NCBI GenBank assembly: GCA_964583985.1
Contig: CAZOYD010000048.1
Coordinates: 1-26,129, forward strand
Direction: 5' to 3'
Length of the DNA stretch: 26,129 bases
Source of the DNA: an uncultured archaeon
GTDB lineage: Archaea > Asgardarchaeota > Lokiarchaeia > Sigyniarchaeales > SOKP01
In this document: positions 7,139 through 16,163 of the stretch, in pieces
How positions within the stretch are numbered: the stretch's first letter is position 1
Layout: every line of letters starts with the position of its first letter
The notes under the pieces: model-generated
The model's database searches: none
What the model saw: only the letters and a program-made list of their open reading frames with translations
Told to the model about the DNA's origin: nothing
Translations under genes and position numbers: made by a program

Positions 7139-10027
7139 TTAGAAAAAGATATCATTTCTACGTGCGAAATATTTTACTATTTCAAAAGAAATGATGCAAA
7201 TTAATGAAATTAAAAAGCAGATTAACCAATCAAAGGCAGTAAGATACATGAAAAAGAAATTAATACCCCATGATGCAAGTGTAACTTGAAATCCCGGAAT
7301 ATACATCAAAGCAAGTAAAACTAAGAATAACATTCCAATCAAAATGTACATGAATTTTGTACTATCTTCTCTTATACTTTTTAAAAGTGATTTATTGGGT
7401 CTCCGAATTTGGAAAATTAGAAAGGATTCACAGAAAAATATGGTTGTCATGAGCATTGTGAGAGTCTTTGCAACTTGAAGGGAAACACCAGGAGAATACA
7501 ACGCAACATTTATATCTGAATAAAGATATGCATCATTTAAAGCCCCAAAATTCCAATTTTCAGGAAATACGGGATATATTCCAGCATACGTTATAAAATA
7601 CACGACGATCATGCTTATTGCTAATAATATACCAAATATGAATAGTAATAAGAATGTATTTTTACTCAGAATTTCCTCCTCATCACGTGGTTTTTGTTTC
7701 ATTATCTCTTTTGAAGTAGTATCAAAAGTTAAAATTAATCCTGGAAACATGTGAACAGTTATGGAAAGAAAGATCCATTGCATGCTAAAAGGTTCTGTTA
7801 AAAAATAAGGCAAGCCAAAAATAATTGCCAGAATGAATTGCACTATACCTTCAAAAACATTTATACATATATAAAAGAAAACTACAGCACGAACACGTGA
7901 AAATATGCCTCTTCCTTCTTCAATTCCGGTAACAATGGAATTAAATGAATCATCACTAATAACCATATCAGATGCTTCTTTCGCAACGTCTGTACCTTGA
8001 ATTCCCATCGCAATACCAGCATCAGCCATATTAAGTGCAAGAGCATCGTTAACACCATCTCCAGTCATGGCAACTACTTTATCAGCATCTTGATATCGTT
8101 CTACAATATCTTGTTTATGTTCCGGAGAAACCCTGGCAAATACCTTGATCCTATTAAAATCATAGAAGGAATCAATATCTTTTATATCCTTACCTTCAAC
8201 AACTAAATCATTTTCATCATCAGTAACTATTGCAATTTGTTTAGCAATAGCTTTAGCTGTAATTCGTGAATCTCCAGTAATCATTACGACATTTACCCCT
8301 GCATCATGACATTCCTTGACGCTTTCTTCTACTCCATCTCTCGGAGGATCTAATATAGTTACAAAACCAATATATATCATGTCTGATTCGCAAACTCCCC
8401 TTCCCGATTGATCTTCCTCATCTGGAGGGATAACATCAAGCATTTTGTAACATAGTGATAAGATTCGAAAACCTTGATTTTCATAAGATTGAGAAATTGC
8501 GATAATTTTCTCTCGTATATCATCGGTAAAAGATAATTCAGTATTTTTATAAACTACTTTATTGCAGAGAGGTAATAATATTTCATTTGCACCTTTCGTA
8601 AAAGAGTAATACTTGCCTTCTTTTTTATAAACTTTGGTCATTCTCTTTACTTTAGAATCAAAAGGATATTCACGTATGTATTCAAAATCATCAAGCATGT
8701 GATCTCCCATTCCTTTTTGGAATAATACCATCAAGGCTCCCTCCGTTGGGCTTCCTATTACACTCCAATTATTGATTATTTTACCGGAGATTTCAAGCTC
8801 ATTTTTGACGAGTGCTGAATTATTGTTCAAAAATCCGGAGATTAATAATAATTTTAATTGTTGGTGGTCATCAATATGCCGAACATATTCTGGATTTTTT
8901 GGATCTTCGACAAGAATAATTTCTCCTTCAGGATCATATCCGCTACCAGTAACTTTATATATTGCTCCATTAGTCCAAATGTGTTGAATAGACATCTGAT
9001 TTTTAGTTAAAGTACCCGTTTTATCACTACATACAACACTTACTCTTCCTAAACTATCAACTGAAGCAAGATTTCTTATTATTACACCTTGATGTGCCAT
9101 TGCAACGACTCCAGTTAGCAAGATTATGGTCACTAATAACGGGATATTTATTGGTAATAAATCAAGAGCAGCATTTAGACTAGCGACAATTTCTATATGG
9201 GTGAATCCACTTGCTATCCACCTAATAAGTAAAATAACTACCCAAAATCCTATAACGATTAATCCAAGCCATTTCCCAAAATTATTCATTTTTTCACGAA
9301 TTGGAATATCTGAGGTTCCTGCTTCCTCTAATCCTTGAGATATTTTACCAATTTCAGTATTACTTCCCGTTTTTACTGTTATAGCAGTTCCGTTCCCAGT
9401 AGTAATATAAGTACCATAAAAAACCATATTATTTCGCTCTCCAATAGAAATATCTATTTTAGTTATTGGTTTTCCCTGATTTAATTTTTTAACGGGTTCA
9501 GATTCTCCAGTCAAACTTGATTCATTGACTTCTAAATTTGATGATTGGATAATTCGACCATCTGCGGGAACTTTATCGCCCTGTTTTAAAACCAATAAAT
9601 CTCCAACAACCACTTCTCTTGTGGGTATTTCTAATTTTTGTCCTCCTCGAATTACAGTTGTAGTCGGAGCGGTCATTTCACGAAGAGCATTAAGCTTTTT
9701 AGTGGCTCTGTATTGTTGAATAATTGCTACAATACAATTTAATGCCACTATTCCCAGTGTTAATAGAACAAATGTTAAATTGCCTTCATTACCTAAAATA
9801 GCTGCTAAATATAAAATAAGAGCTCCTCCTAAATAAATTACTATCAACCAGTTAAACAATGGAGCTAAATAAATTTTAATAAATCCCTTAGATGCCTTAG
9901 GAATTTCATTATAACCATATTTTTGGATTCTATTTTGAGCTTCTTCACGAGGTAATCCAGAAATTGAATTTGACTCGAATTTTTCATAAATTTGACTTAA
10001 TTCTTGAGTGTAATATGTTTCATTCAT
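7139..10027 (-). CDS. P-type ATPase, type II (SERCA/SPCA-like) scaffold with an atypical transport site
   Basis: PADGR, LTGES, CSDKTGTLT, KGA, DPPR, MITGD, FARVSPEHK, MTGDGVND, DVAKEAS. About 10 TM helices. TM4 reads PINIP. Confidence 0.93.
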   Translation of the reverse strand: MNETYYTQELSQIYEKFESNSISGLPREEAQNRIQKYGYNEIPKASKGFIKIYLAPLFNWLIVIYLGGALILYLAAILGNEGNLTFVLLTLGIVALNCIVAIIQQYRATKKLNALREMTAPTTTVIRGGQKLEIPTREVVVGDLLVLKQGDKVPADGRIIQSSNLEVNESSLTGESEPVKKLNQGKPITKIDISIGERNNMVFYGTYITTGNGTAITVKTGSNTEIGKISQGLEEAGTSDIPIREKMNNFGKWLGLIVIGFWVVILLIRWIASGFTHIEIVASLNAALDLLPINIPLLVTIILLTGVVAMAHQGVIIRNLASVDSLGRVSVVCSDKTGTLTKNQMSIQHIWTNGAIYKVTGSGYDPEGEIILVEDPKNPEYVRHIDDHQQLKLLLISGFLNNNSALVKNELEISGKIINNWSVIGSPTEGALMVLFQKGMGDHMLDDFEYIREYPFDSKVKRMTKVYKKEGKYYSFTKGANEILLPLCNKVVYKNTELSFTDDIREKIIAISQSYENQGFRILSLCYKMLDVIPPDEEDQSGRGVCESDMIYIGFVTILDPPRDGVEESVKECHDAGVNVVMITGDSRITAKAIAKQIAIVTDDENDLVVEGKDIKDIDSFYDFNRIKVFARVSPEHKQDIVERYQDADKVVAMTGDGVNDALALNMADAGIAMGIQGTDVAKEASDMVISDDSFNSIVTGIEEGRGIFSRVRAVVFFYICINVFEGIVQFILAIIFGLPYFLTEPFSMQWIFLSITVHMFPGLILTFDTTSKEIMKQKPRDEEEILSKNTFLLLFIFGILLAISMIVVYFITYAGIYPVFPENWNFGALNDAYLYSDINVALYSPGVSLQVAKTLTMLMTTIFFCESFLIFQIRRPNKSLLKSIREDSTKFMYILIGMLFLVLLALMYIPGFQVTLASWGINFFFMYLTAFDWLICFLISLICIISFEIVKYFARRNDIFF

Positions 10028-10183
10028 TTGAAATTCTCCCGTAACAGACTAGATAAAATTGATAAAAATTTCGTAACGTAATTGATAATAATAAATAGTC
10101 TATAACAGTAATTATTTTTAATTTATTTCTTTTTCAAATAAAAAAATAAGGAATTATATATGAAATGATGAAAAGATATGAAT

Positions 10184-13063
10184 TTAAAATATCATATTTT
10201 TCGATCTTGCTATATACTTGAAAATTTCAATTCCAACTATTCCTGATGATGCAAATAAAATACATATTAGCCAATCGAATCCACTAAGGAATAAGAAATT
10301 AATTTGAAAATCTAAGCCCCAAATATCATTAATATATGTATTTACTGTATGTGAAAAATTGATATGTAATATGTGAATTGCGAGAGTAAAAGTACAAATT
10401 AGAAATAAAGATATATTGAATTCTCCTCTAATACTTTTTAATAATGACTTATTTGGTCTTCTAAAACTCCATATAAACATTGTTTCTATGATGTAAATTG
10501 TGGTAATAAACATTGTTCTTGCTTTTTGATCTAACAAATCTTGAGGAGTAGATCCTGCGGGAATATAACTTAAACTTGGATTAAGATTCCATTCATTTAA
10601 TGGAAATACTCCTCCTAATGTCAATTGAAGTACTAACACCAAACTTATTCCAATAAAAGAGGCTTGAAGAACTAACATTAACCACATGTTACGATTTAGT
10701 AATTGCTGTTCATCTCGAGGTGGTTCTAGCATAACATCCTTCGGATGTGAATCAATTACAAGAGCTATTGAGGGAAGAGAATGGACAATAACAAAAATAT
10801 AGATGTGTTGCCATTCTGATGAAAATAATTGAAATGTGGGTATAAATTCATAAGTAAAAAAAACTGCAGCTTCCATGAGATTTAAGCAAATAAAAAAAAA
10901 GATAACATTTCGAATTTTTGCAAATAAACCTCTTCCTATCTTCACTCCTTTCTCTATAGATGTAAAATCATCATCTGAGATTATCAAATCTGCAATTTCT
11001 TTTGCTACATCAGTTCCCGTTATTCCCATAGCAATTCCAGCATCCGCTAACTTTAAAGCTAGTGTATCATTAATTCCATCCCCTGTCATAGCTACGACGT
11101 GTTTTTTTTTACCATTTTGTCCTTGATATCTTCTAACAATAATTTCTTTGTCTGATGGAGCCACTCTTGCAAAAACACTGACTTTTTCAAAGTCCTCATT
11201 TGAAAGACCTTGAATTTCTGCTCCTTCTACGACTAAATCACCTTTTTTATATATTCTACATTGAGCCGCAATTGTTTGAGCCGTTTTAGGATGATCTCCT
11301 GTAATCATTTTCACTTTTATTCCCCCAGATTCGCATTTAGAAACAGATTCTTGAACTCCTGGTCTTACTGGATCAAGTATGGAATAAAATCCCAAAAATA
11401 TTAATTCAGCCTCTATACTTTCTCTAATCTGAATATCATCCTTATTAGTTAGTTTATAAGCAATGGCAAGGGTTCTATAGCCTTGGTTTGCTCGTTTGCT
11501 TATTAAATCTTGAATATCGTCTTGAATTTCCCTTGAAATTGGTCTTATTGTTCCATTTTGTTCAATTTGAGACGATAATCGTAAAATAATTTCAGGAGCT
11601 CCTTTAGAAAATACAATATATTCACCTTTATTTTCTTTTAATTCGCATACTGTTGACATTTTCTTTAATTCAGAAGAGAAGGAAAATTCCTTGATGACGT
11701 CATACTTATTCTTTATATCATAAGTAATGAAGCCTGCTTTTTCGGCTAAGATTAATAAAGCGGATTCTGTTGGCGAACCAATTGCTCTTCGCACTGCTAT
11801 TTCTTTTCGATCTCTCATTTTCACTTTAACGTCTTCATAGATCAACTCTGCGGTATTATTCAATATGCTTGAATCTACAAATTTTTGAAATGTTGGATTG
11901 TCATTTAAATTGATTTCTTTATCGTTTAATATAATATAACCATCTGGTTCGTATCCAGATCCTGTTACATCATATTCCAATCCATTTAACCAGAATTTAT
12001 TCACGCACATTTCATTGCGAGTAATTGTTCCTGTCTTATCAGCGCATATTATAGAAACTCGACCCAATGATTCAATTGCAGCGATATTTTTAACAATAAC
12101 ACCGCTTTGAGCCATGTTCAAAACACCGGTTATTAATACTAAAGTCGACAATAAGGGTAAGTTAATTGGCATTACATTCATGGACCGTAAGATAGAACTG
12201 CTTAAAGCTTCAGTAATATAATGCCCGTAGAAATTACCTTCACTAATTAAAAAGATAAATTTATAGAAGATTAAGATAATCAAAATAGAAATAAGTAAAC
12301 TACCTAATATGTAACCTAATTTATTTAATTTTCTGGTTAAAGGTATCTCTTCTACACTTCCCATTTCATTAAGCTGGTTTGAAATTTTTCCAATCTCCGT
12401 ATTAATGCTTGTTCCATAAATAATGACTTTTCCACGACCTGTATTCACATAAGTACCCATGAATACGATGTTCGATTGTTTCTGAAGTGGGAGAGAAGTC
12501 ATCTCAAGGGCATTCTCTTTTTTTTCTACAGCCTCTGATTCTCCTGTAAGTGGTGCTTCATCTATTGTTAAGTTAATAGCTTCGATTATTCTTCCATCAG
12601 CAGGAATTTTATCTCCTTGTTCAATTAATACGATATCGCCTGGAACTATTTCTTTGGTTGGGATTTCAAATTGAATACCATCTCGTAATACTGTTGCTTT
12701 TAATGCGGCTATTTTTCGTAAAGAATCCAATGCTTTTTGGGCCCTAAACTGCTGAATGATTACAGTAATCGAATTAATAATAACTATAGAAAACGTGAAT
12801 AAAGCAGATCCAAAATCTCCAAGAATTATTACAAATGCTCCCGTAAATATTAAAATAACAATTAAAAAATTAAAAATTGGTGATAAATAAATTTTCCATA
12901 AAGATTTTTTAATTTTTGGTAATTCATTATAACCATATTTTAAGTACCTGTCGTTTATTATTGACGTACTTAAGCCCTTATTGATATCTGTCCCAAACTC
13001 GGATGCGACGTCTTCAGCCGTCAAATTATAATACTTTATTCGTTGAGATATTGATTGATTCAT
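10184..13063 (-). CDS. P-type ATPase, type II scaffold with an atypical transport site (paralog of the adjacent gene)
   Basis: PADGR, LTGES, CADKTGTIT, KGAPE, DPVR, MITGDH, FARVAPSDK, MTGDGIND. TM4 reads PINLP. Confidence 0.93.
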   Translation of the reverse strand: MNQSISQRIKYYNLTAEDVASEFGTDINKGLSTSIINDRYLKYGYNELPKIKKSLWKIYLSPIFNFLIVILIFTGAFVIILGDFGSALFTFSIVIINSITVIIQQFRAQKALDSLRKIAALKATVLRDGIQFEIPTKEIVPGDIVLIEQGDKIPADGRIIEAINLTIDEAPLTGESEAVEKKENALEMTSLPLQKQSNIVFMGTYVNTGRGKVIIYGTSINTEIGKISNQLNEMGSVEEIPLTRKLNKLGYILGSLLISILIILIFYKFIFLISEGNFYGHYITEALSSSILRSMNVMPINLPLLSTLVLITGVLNMAQSGVIVKNIAAIESLGRVSIICADKTGTITRNEMCVNKFWLNGLEYDVTGSGYEPDGYIILNDKEINLNDNPTFQKFVDSSILNNTAELIYEDVKVKMRDRKEIAVRRAIGSPTESALLILAEKAGFITYDIKNKYDVIKEFSFSSELKKMSTVCELKENKGEYIVFSKGAPEIILRLSSQIEQNGTIRPISREIQDDIQDLISKRANQGYRTLAIAYKLTNKDDIQIRESIEAELIFLGFYSILDPVRPGVQESVSKCESGGIKVKMITGDHPKTAQTIAAQCRIYKKGDLVVEGAEIQGLSNEDFEKVSVFARVAPSDKEIIVRRYQGQNGKKKHVVAMTGDGINDTLALKLADAGIAMGITGTDVAKEIADLIISDDDFTSIEKGVKIGRGLFAKIRNVIFFFICLNLMEAAVFFTYEFIPTFQLFSSEWQHIYIFVIVHSLPSIALVIDSHPKDVMLEPPRDEQQLLNRNMWLMLVLQASFIGISLVLVLQLTLGGVFPLNEWNLNPSLSYIPAGSTPQDLLDQKARTMFITTIYIIETMFIWSFRRPNKSLLKSIRGEFNISLFLICTFTLAIHILHINFSHTVNTYINDIWGLDFQINFLFLSGFDWLICILFASSGIVGIEIFKYIARSKNMIF

Positions 13064-13159
13064 GATGATCCTAACTGCATTTTAACTATCAAAAAGTAAT
13101 TATAAATTAGCATTCAATGTTTATTAATTGTATAATAATATCAGGTAAAAATAGTTAGG

Positions 13160-14128
13160 TTAAATTGTTAATTCTTGGGGATCTCCTAAGATATCTTTTA
13201 AAATATGAAATTTCTTTCTTATTGTTGTGCTAGAAAATTTGCTTGTTTCTTCTACTAGACTTTGAGTGAGGATTTTTGGATCTTCAAGAGTTTGGCCAAT
13301 ATAGTAGATGAGTCCTGCTGTAAAGGCCTTATAGTTCAGATTTTGAAGGTATGTATAAGACACGCGTTGAAGTAACTTATTTGCTAGTAATTGCATGTTA
13401 ATTTTTAATCTTTCAAACTCATTCTTGTCTTGAAAATGGCTTTTTATTAGTTCAAAAGGGATGTGATTTAGATCTTTTTGAAAGAGAATCATTATTTTCT
13501 CTTTTATCTCTTTTTCTAATTCTTGTGGAGTGTTTAATTTTTTTTTGTTAAGCCTTACTTCAGTTCTTAATATTTTTTCCATGGCGTTACTAAGCATTTT
13601 CTTATTAATTTTATGCCCTAATTCTCGAGAAACCCTAATAAATTCTTCTAATCTTATGTTAGTACTGTCCTTTATTTCCATCCATACAATAGCTAAAAAT
13701 ATTATTATCATGTTCTGATAAGTTTCTCTATGATATTTATTGTATCTAAGATAATTATCCTTGATAGTCTTATACTTATTATTATCGATGTTCAAACCGA
13801 TTCCATAACTTTTTAATAGTTCGATGGTTTTCTTTTGTTCTGTAAAATTTGTATGGTAATCCCTATACCAAATATCTAAAGTTTTTAATTTCTCATATTT
13901 TTGTTTGATAGCGGGATCTTGTATTGCTTTCGAATCACTTGCTCGTATTTTTCTTTCATATTCTTCTTGATTATCTGAATAATGTCCGGAAGAAGATGAA
14001 GAGCCAAAATCTAAAGATTCATCAACAATTAATCCACAATCTTGACATACAATAAAAGGACCATCTTGTATTAGATTCTGATGAGTACATATTGTTGATT
14101 CAGTATTGTGTTGATTTTCTTGATTCAA
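13160..14128 (-). CDS. Divergent TFB/TFIIB-like protein (Zn ribbon plus cyclin-fold repeats)
   Basis: N-terminal CTH...VCQDCGLIVDE zinc ribbon. The C-terminal TAGLIYYI...LTQSLVEETSKFSSTTIRKKF aligns by eye with the second cyclin repeat/HTH of the neighbouring TFB. TTG start. Confidence 0.7.
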   Translation of the reverse strand: MNQENQHNTESTICTHQNLIQDGPFIVCQDCGLIVDESLDFGSSSSSGHYSDNQEEYERKIRASDSKAIQDPAIKQKYEKLKTLDIWYRDYHTNFTEQKKTIELLKSYGIGLNIDNNKYKTIKDNYLRYNKYHRETYQNMIIIFLAIVWMEIKDSTNIRLEEFIRVSRELGHKINKKMLSNAMEKILRTEVRLNKKKLNTPQELEKEIKEKIMILFQKDLNHIPFELIKSHFQDKNEFERLKINMQLLANKLLQRVSYTYLQNLNYKAFTAGLIYYIGQTLEDPKILTQSLVEETSKFSSTTIRKKFHILKDILGDPQELTI

Positions 14129-14273
14129 TTAAAGCAAATCCCTTTTTTTTCAATTTTTGTAATATGGTTCAAAAATAAAAAAATGATAAATATACATTTA
14201 AATTTTTATAAAAAGCCCACCAATATTAATTATTAAATCTTGTAAAACTTTTAAATTCTAAGTGAACCTTACG

Positions 14274-14837
14274 ATGGATCGAGAAATCATTATAAAATGG
14301 CTAAAGATTTTCAGTATTGGATATGTTATTATTTTTGCTTTAGAATTGCTAAATATAATACTCTTTAGCAATGTCATTATTCTTTCAATTGATAGTGAAC
14401 AACTAACAATCTCTAATTTGATATTTAACTCTGGTTATGCTAATTTACAACTCGTGATATTATGGATATTTTATGGGATCAGTTCTGGTGCATTCTTTAT
14501 TTTAGGAGTCGCTCTTTTTAGGATTGCACGACAAAATAAACGAGAAAATCAAATATTGACTAAAACGCTTTTGATAACTGGTATGTTCATCATAATGGCA
14601 AGTTTTTTCAGATATGAATTAATCTACTTAATGAACAAGGAGTTAATAAATACTGGAAGTTTTTCTGCCATATTCATGAACGTGATCTACAATCATTCAA
14701 TTACTCCTATTTTAGGCGCTTGGATGTGGAATATATTTACAATTATAACACTCAGCATACTAGTATCTTCATTAATTATTAGTGCTGTAGGTGTCCAATG
14801 GGGAATCCTTCAATATCATGAGATAAAAGCTGAATAA
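14274..14837 (+). CDS. Hypothetical membrane protein (about 4 TM)
   Basis: Four hydrophobic segments. The track's GTG at 14262 lies in an AGTGA SD-like motif, so ATG at 14274 is preferred. Confidence 0.65.
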   Translation: MDREIIIKWLKIFSIGYVIIFALELLNIILFSNVIILSIDSEQLTISNLIFNSGYANLQLVILWIFYGISSGAFFILGVALFRIARQNKRENQILTKTLLITGMFIIMASFFRYELIYLMNKELINTGSFSAIFMNVIYNHSITPILGAWMWNIFTIITLSILVSSLIISAVGVQWGILQYHEIKAE

Positions 14838-14937
14838 TCCTTTTCATTCCATTTTATTAAAAATAAAAAAGAAAATTACAATAATGATAGCAAATTTTAA
14901 TTTTTTTGAAGGTATTTAACCTAATTTATGAAATCTC

Positions 14938-15867
14938 CTATGAGAGGATCGTTTTTATTTGTTTGGCTCTGCTTCTAAGCGTTACTTCCGTAATTTTTGC
15001 TACATCTGCTACATTTGATTGCGTTTTGCGCACGCTGTTATCTTTTGCTGCAATATATATACAAGCTGCTGCTAAGCCTTTAGGGTCCTTACCCGTGCGT
15101 TTTAAACCACTCATGGATGCTTGTCGAAGCATGTCAATTGCAACTTTTTGTATTTTCATGGGAAGGTCTAGTTCATTACCAAAACGAAAGACTAAACTTT
15201 CAGCGGTGATTGGTTGATATCGTAATCCTAACTGCGGTAATACTTCTCGAATTATCATGGCAAGACTACGATGCACTGTACGTCGAGGTGTCATTGATGC
15301 TTCACAAACTTCATCGAGTAATCGTGGAAAGTCATGAACTCTGATTGCTGCATATAGTGATCCAGCAATAAATCCATTGATGGATCTACCCATCGTTAAC
15401 TTTTTCTTAGCAACAATGCTATATATCTTCCAAGCTGTTTCACTAATATATTCTGGAATATTGAGTTTTGAGGTCAACATTTTAAGTTTAGGTTTTGCTT
15501 CCCAGAAGTTCCGTTCAATACTAGAAATCAATGAATTCTGGATTTTTGATAACCTTGAAAAGAGTGCCTGTTCTTTTGGACCAATCGATTTACCTTTAGA
15601 GTCTGTTTTCGTCGACGGAAGCATTGTCCGCGGACCAAAATCTCTCCATCTTGGTTCAGTACGCCTTCTTGTTTGAATTTCTTCTATTGTGTAAGCTCTT
15701 CGTTCATTTCCAACAAAAGTTCTTTCTGAAATTATTCCACAATTCAAGCATACTTTATTTCCCCCTCTCTCTTCAATAGTTGGATTATCACAACAAGCAC
15801 TTATAGGAGATAAATTACCCTCATTAAGGTCTTTATTTTTGATGAGCTCTCGGTAGCTATGGTTCAT
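14938..15867 (-). CDS. tfb: Archaeal transcription initiation factor IIB
   Basis: Zn ribbon CC...VCLNCG, linker RLSKIQ...IERN, two cyclin repeats (MGRSINGFIAGSLYAAIR; TGKDPKGLAAACIYIA), HTH TQSNVADVAKITEVTLRSR. Confidence 0.93.
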   Translation of the reverse strand: MNHSYRELIKNKDLNEGNLSPISACCDNPTIEERGGNKVCLNCGIISERTFVGNERRAYTIEEIQTRRRTEPRWRDFGPRTMLPSTKTDSKGKSIGPKEQALFSRLSKIQNSLISSIERNFWEAKPKLKMLTSKLNIPEYISETAWKIYSIVAKKKLTMGRSINGFIAGSLYAAIRVHDFPRLLDEVCEASMTPRRTVHRSLAMIIREVLPQLGLRYQPITAESLVFRFGNELDLPMKIQKVAIDMLRQASMSGLKRTGKDPKGLAAACIYIAAKDNSVRKTQSNVADVAKITEVTLRSRAKQIKTILS

Positions 15868-16000
15868 AATATTTCACTTTGAGTATTTATCACAAATAAT
15901 GAATTAAAGAGAATAAACACGTATTTCTGAGTAAAAAATAGTCATTATTATTTCTTTAATAACTTAATATCTGCTGTAAAGAATTAATTGATTAATCGGC

Positions 16001-16016
16001 TATATAAATGTTTTCA
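16001..16016 (-). promoter_or_regulatory. Putative BRE/TATA promoter of tfb
   Basis: The minus strand reads TGAAAACA-TTTATATA, matching an A-rich BRE plus an archaeal TATA box, about 135 nt upstream of the tfb ATG. The AT-rich background lowers certainty. Confidence 0.45.
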
Positions 16017-16163
16017 TGATTGATTAATTATTTGAAAAATTTTTTGAATTTTTCCCACTCATTTCCCTTAATTCATACGATTGTTCACAATTTTGTATTA
16101 TATGAAAAAAAAATATTAATTATTCTGCAATTTATATATAATATCTTATAGGTGAAAAATGAC

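Noticed and set aside
7139-13063. Calling the ATPases bona fide P4 flippases, P3A H+ pumps or Ca2+-ATPases
   Set aside because: They have TGES rather than DGET, no TM5 Lys and no CDC50-like gene in the window (against P4); no TM6 Asp (against P3A); and no E309/D800 equivalents (against a Ca2+ pump).
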